A DNA stretch of 64,000 bases from Owenia fusiformis (lineage: Eukaryota). Positions 40,101-52,452 of the stretch are shown here, in pieces. The stretch is taken from the NCBI GenBank assembly GCA_903813345.2, contig CAIIXF020000001.1:28024001-28088000 (forward strand). Direction: 5' to 3'. The notes below the pieces were generated by a model, which made no database searches, was not told where the DNA came from, and saw only the letters and a program-made list of their open reading frames with translations. Position 1 is the stretch's first letter. The number at the start of each line of letters is the position of its first letter. A program made the translations under genes and the position numbers.

Positions 40101-43100
40101 CTTTACTAGGTCAGGTTTTACTATAGATGACACTTAACTAGGACATGTTTTACTATAGATGACACTTTACTAGGTCAGGTTTTACTATAGATGACACTTT
40201 ACTAGGTCAGGTTTTACTATAGATGACACTTTACTAGGTCAGGTTTAACTATAGATGACACTTTACTAGGTCAGGTTTTACTATAGATTACACTTTACTA
40301 GGTCAGGTTTTACTATATATGACACTTTACTAGGACAGGTTTTACTATAGATGACACTTTACTAGGACAGGTTTTACTATAGATGACACTTTACTAGGAC
40401 ATGTTTTGCTATAGATGACACTTTACTAGGACAGGTTTTACTACAGATGACACTTTACTAGGACAGGTTTTATTATAGATGACACTTTACTAGGACACAT
40501 TTTGCTATAGATGACACTTTACTATGACACGTTTTACTATAGATGACACTCAACTTGACTTTTACCTTCAGATGTGATATCACTTGGCAGAATCTCAAAT
40601 GCATCCTTGTATTTGTTAATAGCTTCTTGAACATTACCAACTTTATGATAAGCCTGAAAAATATTAATTTACATGTAATGGTGATGTAAAAATATATCTT
40701 ATAGAACATGGGTGAATAATCATGTCCTAAATGCATCAAGGAATAAATAACCATCGAATATTATGCACTCTGGGATATTTTTATTTTTTCTTGATACTAA
40801 TGAAAAGGTGCAGTAAAATCAACAAAAAATATGCAGATAAAGGAATATCAGACGATTGTTTTGCTTGGTCTATTTTGTTACAGTAAAATCATGTAATGTA
40901 TTTTTGCACCATCTGTATCTAATGCCATATGTAAGACTTGCAAAAGTTCTTTATATCAAAACAGATGATGAAAACTGCAGTGAAATCAACCCTCTAATTT
41001 TATGAGAGGATAACAGTTTATATAAATATGGTACTTCTACAAATAGGAGTAGAGTATGTAAGGGAGGCCTAACCTTACAGCACTCTCTGTAGATTTGCAT
41101 TCCTTTCTCTCCATTCTCCTCCGTGATGTAGTTAAACACAAACTTGAAACTGTCCATCATTTTCTTAGTTTCACCTAACTGTTCATAAAGAGCTGCACGG
41201 TTGATGTAGTTGTCGAGATTTCTCGGGTTTGCCCTAACAGCTGGTAAATACAAATAGCATGTTTAGGACTTTATTCAATAAGGTTTTAAAACATAATGTA
41301 TAACTTTAACCATTAGTAATCATCCTGATTTGAACAAAAAAACAAAGTAACAATAATACATCTGTAATTGTAGCTCCATATTTTTTGAAAAAGTGGTTGC
41401 ATGTATGAATTAAATGGAGACACATACCAGATCGTTTAATAAGTTCATGGAAAAATGCTCTCACTTCAAAGATTTTTGATATTTTCTCATGAAATTTTCA
41501 CACAACAAATAAAACATATTTTCTGATTGATTCTTAAAATATCAGCATCTCAAATTTGATTGGTCAAAATGACCTGGTATTAAAGTGAATCCCAAAACTT
41601 ACCTTTATTGTAGCAGTTGAGACTTGTTGTTACATTGCCCAGTTCCAAGGACATCTCAGCCAGTCTTGACCACTCATCGGAGTCATTGTGCAGATGAGCA
41701 CCAATCAGGCCAAACTGTAAGGCTTTGTCCATCTCCCCCTGCTCTTCATATATCATACCCAGTGTTTGAAAAGGTTCATGGGCAGCTGGCTCTGGAGAGA
41801 AGAACATGGCTTATTAATACTCAGGAAGCAGTTAACCTCTTGACTACCCAGAATGACGAGATTTCTCGTCACCTCAGAAATGACCTTGAAACCCAGAGGG
41901 ACAAGAAAATCAGTCTCAAAGTTTTTCACAAAAATTGCTCTCATTTGAACAATTTTCATCCAATTTACACAAAAACTGTTTTAAAACGTGTGGATATGAT
42001 CTCTGCCATCTAATTTTACTAAGTTGAGCATCTAAAGTTGTATAGGTATGTAGTAAAATGTCAAAAGGTGGCAAAAATGAAAAATTCTCTGGTTTCAACC
42101 GATTTTAGAGCCTGGGATTCAAGAGGTTAATTGAAAATAGCAAGAACTAAGAATGGTGTCCAATTGTCTTATGCTTCACATAATGCAAATTGAGTACACA
42201 ACTCAATTTGACAAAATGATAAATCCACTAATATATATATCTGACACACAAGACAGCAAGAAAACATCTTGATAAAATATCCATATAAAGATCTAGTACC
42301 TAGTCTGATGACCTCCATGCACATCTTCACAGCCTCCTTCAGTGACCCACGTGCAAAATTCAAGTTAGCCTCCCCCATTAGGCCTTGGAGATCCTTAGGC
42401 AGTTTAGTTCTTGGCCCCTTAAATAACAATGTTAGACATGTAAGATGCAACACAAGTTCAACACAAGTTCAGTGATCAGTTAGTTTCTAACTGGGCCATA
42501 TTTTTAGCATGTATACAAGGAGAATTGGATCACAGGGATGCAACTTGATATTTTTCAACAATAAAAATGTCAGAATGTCATTATTGTCTGACATTTAACT
42601 GGTTATAAATCACCAATTCATAAGACTCAAGCTAACATCTTGGTCACTTCTTGTGTATCTTGCATTTTTGTGATGTAATAAGACCAAACTCGCAAATCAA
42701 AATTTGAAGTGAAAATCACGACATCCTTGAAGATTTAGATTCATTGTTAGAAAATTTGGGGATTGCATTCTGGGAGCCAGTCCCCCTTGGAATGTATACA
42801 GGAAAACAGTTTCATTAAATTCTGCACAATGAAATATGTTTATTCATGGAGAATTTCATATATGGCACTCTTTTTGAAAGTACAAATAATTTTTAAACAA
42901 GGCATTAACATGCAAAATGAACCACCTGTCATCTGTTACAGGCAAAAATCACTCAATGCTGTTACGGAATGCTGTTGCCAAATACCAACTGTCACATAAC
43001 ACAAAAAAGTTGGAGACTGTAACAATATGTTACAACTTCTGTTGGTATCTGGTGGTATAAAAATGGCAAACTCAAACATGTTTTTTGCACTATTCATTTT

Positions 43101-46100
43101 ATGGAACACCAATTTCACATCTACTCACTATAAAATGCAGATAGAGATTATGTGTTGAATTACAAGTACAAGTGCAAGTACAAAACATCATCTAGCTGCT
43201 ACAACGTTTACCCCAAACACTCGATCGTACTTACTGCAGGTCTCTTCTCTCTTTTCTTCCTTTGCTTTTTCTCTGATTTGGAAGCAGGTGTACCACTTTC
43301 TTTCCTCTTATCAGCTTCTGAAATTTATTAAATTCATGATAATTCTAAAATTGGTGGTAGTGTTGTTTTGTTTTTGAAAAGTTCTGTTACACTATATAAA
43401 CTTAAGATACAAAACAACACATACTTTTTTTAGTTTTTGTTTTTTTCATAGAGTGTATTTCAGGTATCCAATCATCTCCACTCCCAGCACCATCATCACA
43501 GCCCCCCTCTTCTTCAGCATTTTCACCATCTGATTGATCATCATCGTCATCTTCTTCTTCTTCATCTGCCTTTTCTAATGACTTTTGCAGATTAGCTGTG
43601 AATTCTTCAAATGTTACTTCACCTACAATGCAAGGGGACACTAAAGTGATTATGTCCAATTAATTGTAGTTTTGAGTGGATTCAGAGAGCAGGTCAGGAA
43701 ATGTATAATACCAAATTTCCTGTAGGTTTGATTGTCTATGATTTACACTTTTTGTGCAAACTAGAAACAATGGAACTTCTAGCAATTTAGGTGTCCAAGC
43801 ATCAAGATCGTATAGTAAGACACAGAGTCTAATAATATTGCTATTGGATGCCAATATACTGTATTTCTCCTTAAAGGTGCAACAATTAGTGCAGAGGGGC
43901 CATTCAACGATCATGGACCAGTGTCAAAATATATTTAAGTTTGGATAATTTATCAAGACTTACACCTGTTTTAATTATCTACAAAGAAACCCCCTAGATA
44001 AACATTATTTCAGCTGATATTCCTCTTGAAACATGGTGGATCTTAAAAATATAAAAGTGGATTTCCTCTTATTATCTATTTTCCACTTATTTTAGCAAAT
44101 TTGCTGTTTTTGGACATTTGGCGGCTACTTAATTTGGTGAACTTGCAATATGGCAATGCACTAGTGGTACTAATTTACATGGTACTAAAATTACTGATGA
44201 ATTTGGTGGACTTCAACAATTTGGGAGATCCATCAAATTAAGTAGAAGCACAGTAACTAGAACCACACACTTTTCAGAATTTAAGCTATAATTTTTCAAT
44301 GAAGCATATAATTGCAGAATTGCTAAAATTCCAATTACTAGTATGATTTTTAAGATGTCAGTTGAGACAAATAAGGTATAAAATGCCACAAAATTTCTCA
44401 AGAACTTGTAAGTCATTGTTTTTCTGAGTGGAATTTGGAAATACCCCCCCCCCACCGACCCTCTTCACAATGGACATCATATAGAGGTTAACGGGACAGG
44501 CTAACTTAAAAATCTAACACCCCTTACCATTGAGGTATCTCAGAGTTAGAGCTGTGTCTATGTTGCCACCTCTTTGTGACTCTGCAGCCTGCAGGAGCCT
44601 TTGCCCAGCCTCAGACATTGGTACATCACTAGCATCTACTAGGTTAGCACCACTGCCATAACTAGTACAAGGTCTCGCATCAGTTAACTGAGTAAATGTA
44701 GGATTTGGTGCTGTGAGTGTAGAAAGACGCATGGGACTGGTACTGTTAACTGAGGATATGGGCGTCATTGATCCTTCCTCAAGTTCAATTTGTTCAATAT
44801 TGTGTACCTCTGTTATTTCACTACTTGGTCCCCCTGCATCCAGTACATGCTGGACATAGTCTGAACCATGCTGGAATTTCAATTTTATTTTTATTGATTA
44901 TGGGGAGGGGGTGCGATCGCACACCCACTGGCTACGCCTATGTCAACCCCACATTTATGAGGGTAATCCCAAAATGTCGTTTTCTCAGTAACAAATGAGA
45001 GTGTTCAAGAGCTGTTTATGGAAAGAAGATAAATGTTCTGAAAATTGTAATAGTATTAGCATTGGAATTTCCAATGAGAACCATATGCCAAGGAAAAAGT
45101 AGTAGTAACTCAGATATATATATGTAGAAACTCAGATTCAATGTTGAGCTTACTACTTCTTTTCCTTTGGCCTACATGTACAGTATGGGGAAAACTTATC
45201 CCGTTCCCGGACTATGGTCCTGTGAACATCTCAATCTTTTGCCTGTGCGATTACAACATGGGAGAATTTTTTACTGATCTTACACTTCAGATACCTACTT
45301 CAATAGATTCCTTGGTAATTTAGCATTCTTTTCGTGTAGTTGAATCCACAATTGTCTGGGTTTATCGGCAGAACGAAGACATTTTCGTTTTTGATCGCAA
45401 TATTTGCGTGTAACATTTAACTTATTTCAACCGTCAAATTCCTCCATATTGGTACTTCCGGGCTACATCCGGGACATCCAAACGGGGGATTCCCCTTTTA
45501 AATCCAACCGCCATTTTGAAAAGTGATGGAATCTCTCTCGATGAAAAAGAGAAAATGTTCCCGTTCTGCCGATATACCCAGACAATCGGCGGTTCCAATA
45601 TATTAGAAGTTACATCTTGAGTTCTATAATGCATTGAGGTAGGTATCTTAAGTGTAAGGGGCGTAGATAATTCTCCCAAGTTGTAATCGTACAGGCAAAT
45701 GAATGCGATCAGTGCAGGACTATAGTCCGGGAACGGGATAAGGGAAAACTTCAGGAGCATGTAGTACTATGATATGAGATGCTTATGCCAGATCTGAGTC
45801 AATATATCTATCTATAAAAACTTATCATATACATATTGACTCAGATCTGACACAAGCAACTCATAGAGTTAGTGCTACAAGTTCCTGTGGGAAAACTAAA
45901 AAAATACGTAAAGGCTAGAGTACCGACAATTGTCGGTACTCTAGACTCTGATGTGGTGGCACGCTAGAGGACCGACAAATAAATTGTCGGTACGGGAGAT
46001 ATGCTGTGTTTACACGCTAGAGGACCGACAAATATTGATTTTCGAATTTTCTGGCGCATGCGCAATGCGCGGGGGGATATTTCAGATATCATACGGATAT

Positions 46101-47509
46101 TTTGGGAACAAGTGCAAAACCCGGGGAGGGCATTAGCCCCGGTTACCCGGGGATTACCAAACCCAGTCAAAAAATGGTAGCCCGGGAACAGGGAATGGTA
46201 GTTAACGTTGAAAACCCAATAAAAAGGAAGGGGCGTTTGTACCTGTGGTATCGTTCTAAATAACCCATAGTTGGCTTCTAGGGTACCTAGTATGCCACTA
46301 TTTGGTATCAAAATAAAGAGGAGTTCAACTTTCATTTGAATAACGAAAATAGCGATGTAGGTCAAAATAGTTCCGAACGTGAGGATGTTTACTACGTGTT
46401 TGCCTGTCATATCAGAATTGAGGAAGTGGTAGCAAACGCGAGTTACAATAAACGGACGCTGATATCTCAAAAAGTAACCTGACTCCCTATAATTTGATGT
46501 AGGTCAATCGAACCCCTATATGGACAGGTGCATTTTGATATATAACACTATGGGGTGTAAGCGTTTCATAGTTGGTCACGAACGCCATATGTGCAAAGTA
46601 TTGTTATGAATTTTCGAATTTGGTGTTGGATTACGGTACTCATACCTTATAGCACAATTTTTAATGGAAGTTGCATTTGGCTCCCTTAGTTAATGGCCAC
46701 GATTTCATCTCGCATGAGAGAGCTACCAAACGCAAAGTAAACAGTGATATATTCCAAATGAGATATTTCTCCTGTGCCATGGCGTAGTAAGGGTAGAGGT
46801 CGACGGGGGCGAAAGCATCCCCTCCTAATTGTATATATCGACCCATTAGATAGAACAAGAAAAGAGCTTTAAAATGTTTTTTAATTGAAGCTTGTAGGAC
46901 AATTTTGATGGAAGTTGAATCAATTTTTGTCGAAATAAATTATGGCTGACTACAAGTTAATGCCTGTACGATTCCATACTGCAAAAGAAACACTATCCCC
47001 CCTCAAAAGAAAAGAGTAGATCTCGACGGGATTCGAACTCGGGACCGAGTGTGATCGAATCGTGCTCGCTAACCACTAGACTACCAGTGATGAAGTTCTT
47101 TAAGGAGTTAAATGTAGTGAATTTATTTATGAAATTGTCGGCTCTCTAGCAAAAACACGTAGCAGCCACTTGCGTACCGACAATTGTCGGTTCTCTATCT
47201 GACACTACTAGGTGACGATAGAGTGCCGACAATTGTCGGTACCCCAGCAAATACCCCTGGACAGTCTCCAGTACCGACAATTGTCGGTCCTGGAGCCACT
47301 CCGAAAAAAATAAAAAAGATCAAAAATCTTTCAAAATATGTTTTTCAACATAATATTTTGGCAGTAAATTTATACATGTTTTGTTAGCATTTAGGGTCAG
47401 ACTGTTGTAAAGGACTAAAACAAACCTCTTGTCGGTTTCTCTGGATTTCATCCCACTCTCCAAAGGTGATATCACCTTCTAAATAACGCAACAAATCTGG
47501 ATCTTCCAT
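28152..47509 (-). CDS. GTF3C3: General transcription factor IIIC subunit 3 (TFIIIC102, TPR protein), 24 exons, ~961 aa
   Basis: Exons 47426-47509, 44528-44870, 43425-43622, 43235-43317, 42300-42417, 41603-41791, 41074-41240, 40566-40653, 39672-39730, 39270-39325, 38819-38909, 38368-38514, 38033-38213, 36054-36094, 35453-35588, 35030-35116, 34090-34145, 33624-33728, 33141-33227, 31333-31507, 30740-30864, 29115-29202, 28481-28554, 28152-28259. All GT-AG and phase-consistent. Motifs: YLEGDITF, LQGLMGEANL, LPIDLRVKL, GDLYLDIAEAY, QEAYYNMGRALHQLG. Confidence 0.93.
30476..30815. repeat. 98-bp tandem repeat derived from the 3' half of GTF3C3 exon 21 plus its donor
   Basis: Donor-adjacent exon ends at 30740, 30642 and 30544 (98-bp period), plus a partial fourth copy. 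Confidence 0.9.
33832..33974. mobile_element. Short palindromic MITE
   Basis: ccttggtcaaatttgctccgattca...ccggcatctggccgat is inverse to atcggccggatgccagccggtgaatcggggcaaatttgaccaagg. Confidence 0.75.
34325..34786. mobile_element. hAT-superfamily MITE
   Basis: TIR TAGGGGTGAGACGA; 8-bp TSD TTACTAGA (34317-34324 and 34787-34794); subterminal GACTCGA/TCGAGTC repeats. Confidence 0.9.
36228..37026 (+). mobile_element. Helentron-associated non-autonomous element (HINE / pearl-like)
   Basis: Internal duplicated core (aaaatggc.gccatttt...tatagtattcacataccaaatatgaacaaaatcgc), a (GACG)n microsatellite ~36884-36981, and a 3' hairpin atccc..cgaac...gttcg..gggata. Confidence 0.7.
37117..37858. mobile_element. 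PIF/Harbinger or ISL2EU-like MITE
   Basis: TIR agggaggttaagataagcgtaaa / tttacgctaatcttaaactccct, flanked by AT on both sides. Confidence 0.7.
39870..40060. mobile_element. pogo/Tigger-like MITE
   Basis: TA|cagtgaaacctg...gaacacctctc...gttttacta|TA. Related copies at ~440-630, ~20200-20400, ~21160-21320, 50561-50741 and 52062-52452. Confidence 0.65.
40043..40550. repeat. 32-bp minisatellite (GTTTTACTATAGATGACACTTTACTAGGWCAG), ~16 copies
   Basis: Visible tandem array running to within ~15 bp of the GTF3C3 exon 8 donor. Confidence 0.95.
45195..45740. mobile_element. Fold-back MITE with ~200-bp inverted arms
   Basis: ttatcccgttcccggactat...gcctgtgcgattacaac...gatacctac...gtctgggtttatcggcagaacg is mirrored at ~45560-45740. 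Confidence 0.8.
45913..47297. mobile_element. TIR element with subterminal palindromes ACCGACAATTGTCGGT
   Basis: ggctagagtaccgacaattgtcggt at the left end and accgacaattgtcggtcctggagcc at the right end; the palindrome recurs at ~45921, 47176, 47227 and 47273. No clear TSD. Confidence 0.65.
47024..47086 (-). other. tRNA-like remnant (A box and B box), not a full tRNA
   Basis: Minus strand reads tggTAGTCTAGTGGttag...cccgaGTTCGAATCCcgtcg. No convincing acceptor or anticodon stems. Confidence 0.6.
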
Positions 47510-47810
47510 GCTTCACTGTAGCCTCCGCAATTGAAGAGCTCTCAAAACATTCACGACACACCCCGAATAGATTACCATAATATTTGTTAGATGGTGGATC
47601 AAAAAATCGAAGTTATCTTCATTGCTGTAGACTTATAAAACATGTAAAACGCACGACGTCTTATTCAATACCTGCAAACTGATCCCAATGTTAGATTCCT
47701 TAACTAGGAAACAATAACAACTGATGACAACGCTGCTCGTTTGCAAAATTGGAAAACATTTAATTTTGAACAAATTGAAATTGTCCTTCTCAAGTTACAC
47801 AACAGTAAAA
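47510..47810. promoter_or_regulatory. Putative bidirectional promoter for GTF3C3 and HYI
   Basis: Only 301 bp separate the divergent ATGs (47509 and 47811). Confidence 0.7.
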
Positions 47811-50800
47811 ATGCCATTGAAATTTGCAGCTAATGTATCAATGCTCTTTCAAGAAAATGGAACTCTTGACAAACGTTACAAAGTTGCGGAAAATGCTGGA
47901 TTCAAATATGTAGAGTGCACATTTCCTTATGATATTCCAATAGAGACGCTGCAATCCGCCAAAGAAAGTGCAAATGTTGAGCAAGTTCTCGTCAATGGAT
48001 GGCCAGGTACATCAGGGGCGGATTTGGGAACCAACAAAGGGGGGGGCAAATTTCAGGTCTGAGAAAAAACTTCAGTGCTTGCAAGCGCGGGGAAAAATTT
48101 GGAAATTTTGAGGCCCATTTTCTTCAAAATTTGGCCTAAATTAAAAAATAAGGCCTTACAAGGCCGAGTAATAGCCTATAAGGCCCATTTCTTGAGGCCT
48201 TAATGCCCATTTTGGCCCAAATTTTTGTTACTGTCGGCCCAATTTTTTTTCTGGGTGCACCCAAAGGGAGACCCTATCTGTTGCAAGAATTATGCCTGGC
48301 ACAACCGTCACCATGTTTTTAAGTTTCGCAAGGATCCTGCCATGACATATGACATATATACGGTATAACCGTGACAATGCTATATTATATTACATGGTCT
48401 GTCATGACCGTGGTAATGTTAAAGCCTGATATGAGCGTGACAATGCTATACTATCTTGCAAAGCCTGACATGACCGTGGTAATGTTAAAGCGTGATATGA
48501 CCGTGACAATGGTTGCAAGGCCTGTCATGACCGTGGTAATGTTAAAGCCTGATATGACCGTGACAATGGTTGCAAGGCCTGTCATGACTGTGGTAAAGTT
48601 AAAGCACAATATGACCGTGACAATGGTTATATTAAGTGACATTTAGTAGCATGAAAATACTGTAATGATAAATGTCATCGTTTATCTACCTTAAATATGT
48701 AAATCTAGACTACTACTACTACTTTAACTCATAATTCATTTCCACAAACTATAATTCTAATCTCATTCAAGAATGTGAACGGTCATGACAGGCCTTGCAA
48801 TATAATATAGCATTGTCACGGTCATGTCAGGCTTTAACATTACCACGGTCATGACAGGCCTTGCAATATAATATTGCATTGTAACGATTATACCAGGCTT
48901 TCACATTAACAATACCATGGTGATGGCAGGATCCTTGCGAAACTTAAAAACACTTAATAATATGGCGACGGTTGTGCCAGGCATAAGTCTTGCAATAGAT
49001 AGCATGTGCCCAAAGGATGTCCATATTTATGTGTCCATCAAATTATTTTTACTTTTGATGACCTTCAGTTTATATATTTTTAGGTGATATGACCAAAGGT
49101 GATGTTGGAATATCCGCTCTCCCAGACAGAATTGAAGAATTTAGGGAAAAACTAGAAACATCTATCAAATATGCAAATGCTTTAAACTGTAAAAGGTAAA
49201 ATAACCTGTGGTGTTATAAATACTTTACAGAATTATGTTATAGAATAAATGTTATTAGAAAGATGGCAGTACTGATTCACAACTCTTACATAAAAAGTAG
49301 TGTACTGTATACAGTTTGTTTTTGTATGTTACCATTTCTTAATTCCATTCATAATTTTTGGTCTTTTTTTATTAAGAATGCATATCATGGCAGCTAGGGT
49401 TACTGATAAATTCACAACCAAACAAATGGAGGCAGTGTATATTGAGAACCTGAAATATGCTGCAGACAGGCTACAGAAGGTATTTTGATAATAAAACTAG
49501 GAGAGGTATTTTAAATGGGCAGATTGAGAATGTACAGAGCATAATTGCACAGAACCATGTCATTTCACTATTTGAAAATATCATAACATAGTTTTTGTAA
49601 CCTTTAAATTAAATGTAATTAACATAATGTAGTCTTGCACCAAGCCATGGTGGCTAATCCCTTAATGCCTAATCTAATGTACAATAAAACTTGTATATCT
49701 GAATACATCTAATCCCAACCCCTCTCAATATGAACGCTTTTTCTGTATCATTTTTATATCATCACCACAACTTTTTTGTGATGGCAGTTGGTGTTCGCCA
49801 TTCAGTGTATGTAACAAATGGCAGGTAGTGACATTTTGCATGTTAATGCCTCGTTTTAATCTTCCATTTTCCATGTTTAAAAAAACCTCGAAATGTTAAC
49901 ATGTGCCAATTCAAACATTTTTGACTGCATACAAGACTCCTTGTTTTTTGTTCAGAAACCTTCAGTTATATATTATTTACAGGAAGGGATTCTTGCACTA
50001 ATTGAAGCTGTGAACTCAAGAATATCCGTCCCAGGATACCTGATGGACCATCCGCAAAAAGGTACATAAGTTAAGATAAAAAAAATTTCACATGCAAACC
50101 TCTTTTATTTCAAACACTTCTTCCTAAATAATATCTTTGGAATTTTTGCAGTTTTGTGTCAATTATATTTTATTGATTATATCTGATTATGATTTTTTTC
50201 AATTCTAGCTGTTGAAATAATAGAAAAGGTGAATCATCCTAACCTAAAGATGCAACTGGTAAGTTTTATATTGTGTTTTCTTTGACTTCTCATGGTCCTT
50301 TAAGAATTGTATATTTGGACACTTCTGCATGATATTGTATAAAGACACTATACTCATATATGTATCAAGACCTTTTTTGCGACACATTTCATGCTCCTAG
50401 AATATACCTAAGCAATACATTCTTTTTATTTTTCAGGACCTATTTCATGTTCAGATTATGGATGGTAATCTGACAGGAAATATTAAGAAGTATCTCCCAT
50501 ATACAGGTAGGTGCAGTATACATTTCAATGGAATATTTCGAGACTGCTTAATTTAGAAGTACAGTAAAACCTGTATTAGTGAACACCTCTTTATAAGTAA
50601 ACACCTTTCTCTAGTGAACACCCCTTCTAATCATATACTCCTCTGACTTCTGTATGAAATTGTCTCTATGTCCTGAACACCTACCTACTGTGAACATATT
50701 TTTGTTGCTCCATATGTGTTCACTATACACAGGTTTTACTGTACATTTGATTGGTTTTAACATTAGGTTGAAACAAGAGGTTGAAAGCACATATTAATAA

Positions 50801-51705
50801 CATGTATTTTTTATTATGTAGCCAATATGTCTTATTGATTACAGGGCATATACAGATTGCCCAGGTGCCTAAACGAGGTGAACCTGACACTGAAGGAGAA
50901 ATTAACTACCCATATGTATTCAAAGTACTAGAGGAGAGTGGGTACGATGGATATATAGGCCTTGAATACATTCCTGCTGGTAATTAAAAAATACAGACCG
51001 AAGACCAGGGGTAATATTGTCAAATACACCCCGCGGGGCTAGGCACGAACATTTTCTGTACCCTGAACGACCGAAGGGAGTGAGGGGTTGGAAAGCTTTT
51101 CTGCCTAGCCCTAAGTGGTGTATTCGACGATATTACACCTGCTCTGAGGTCTATATTACAATTCGAATATGAAAACTCACCAAATGTTTCGAATATTCAT
51201 TATGGTCTGCCATTACTATGATCTGCCGTAATGACGTCACACATTACACATTTTACCAGGGGCAATGTTCGCGAATATACCCCGGGTGAAATGTTGACTT
51301 TGTTTACAGTTTATAGAAGGCGTGAATACAGCCATGTTCGAATTATATATATAGTACTGTGAATAGTGACAACATATGCGTCGCCATTAAACAAAGGTTA
51401 AACTTGGATACCTATGCCTTCAAATGATACTGGTCTGATTTGATTTTTTTCATTGATTTCCATTAATTTTGAGCTTGAAAGAATCATTTTATTTTAATCT
51501 TGCAATCATCCAATAGGTGATGGATCCAAAAATAACTCCATCGGTATCACTTATTTACATGTAAATGTACACATTCTCTTAAAACAACATGAGTTTTTTT
51601 AGTTTCCCAGTTTTTATATATCAAAGGGCCTCAGATTCATTTCCTTGTTTGATTTCAGGTAAAACTTTGGATGGCTTGAAATGGATGAAGATAATGGGAT
51701 TTTGA
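47811..51705 (+). CDS. HYI: Putative hydroxypyruvate isomerase, 8 exons
   Basis: Exons 47811-48006, 49084-49195, 49377-49479, 49983-50061, 50209-50258, 50437-50506, 50845-50979, 51659-51705. Motifs: [56 protein letters not shown]. Confidence 0.95.
48275..49002. mobile_element. Fold-back element in HYI intron 1 with internal ~57-bp repeats
   Basis: ctatctgttgcaagaattatgcctggcacaaccgtc...tttaagtttcgcaaggatcctgccat is inverse to 48923-49002. The internal repeats are also inverted between the arms. Confidence 0.85.
50561..50741. mobile_element. pogo/Tigger-like MITE with TA TSD
   Basis: TA|cagtaaaacctgtattagtgaacac ... gtgttcactatacacaggttttactg|TA. Confidence 0.8.
50990..51350. mobile_element. 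Fold-back element with GACCGAAGG-centred hairpin
   Basis: Arms taatattgtcaaatacacc...gggctaggca and tgcctagccc...ggtgtattcgacgatatta, with a partial arm copy ~51255-51345. Confidence 0.55.
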
Positions 51706-52061
51706 ACAGACATCTACTGTTCTCAATCTCTTTAAGAAGCTATGGGATATATCTACATACTAGTATATGGGAATACATTAACATGCCTTTAATTGAAATG
51801 GATTTAATTGGCATACCTAGCCTTGGACATAAGTTGAACCTAAATGACGGTAATTTGATCCAAAATTGAAGGATCTAAGATGGATGTAAGAATAGTGCAG
51901 TAACAAATATATTTCTATCAATGTGTGTATTCATTAAATCAAGTAAATACATCAAACATGTTTTTTATTATCACTCATACTTTTGGTGATTGAATATATA
52001 ATCACCATGAAATTGGCAAGAAATTTAATACAAATGCATAATGAAAATACTGATAAACATA

Positions 52062-52452
52062 CAGTAAAAACTGTGTAAGTGGAACACATTTGGTACTCCA
52101 CTTGGATAGTGTTTGTTCTACTATGAGGTACATTTAACATAAGTCAGTTGGTCTTTGGATTCTAAAAAGTGTTCCGCTTGAACAGTGTTCAGCTATAAGG
52201 TTCATTTAAGATAAATCAGTTGGTCTTGGGATTCTAAAAAGTGTTCCACTTGAAAAGTTTTCTACTATGAAGTTCATTTAGCATAAGTCAGTTGGTCTTT
52301 GGACTCTAAAAAGTGTTCCACCTGAACAGTGCTCTACTATGAGGTTCATTTAACATAAATCAGTTGGTCTTGGGACTCTAAAAAGTGTTCCACTAACATA
52401 GGTGTTCCACTTCTACATGTTCTAGAGGTGTTCCACTTTACAGGTTTCACTG
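52062..52452. mobile_element. pogo-like MITE with internal ~72-bp tandem expansion (~4 copies)
   Basis: TA|cagtaaaaactgt...acaggtttcactg|TA; unit cataagtcagttggtctttggattctaaaaagtgttcc... Confidence 0.8.

Noticed and set aside
47024-47086. Functional tRNA gene
   Set aside because: A and B boxes are present but there is no foldable acceptor or anticodon stem; the same applies to ~7965-8030.
48371-48646. ORFs in HYI intron 1
   Set aside because: Derived from the internal tandem repeats of the fold-back element.
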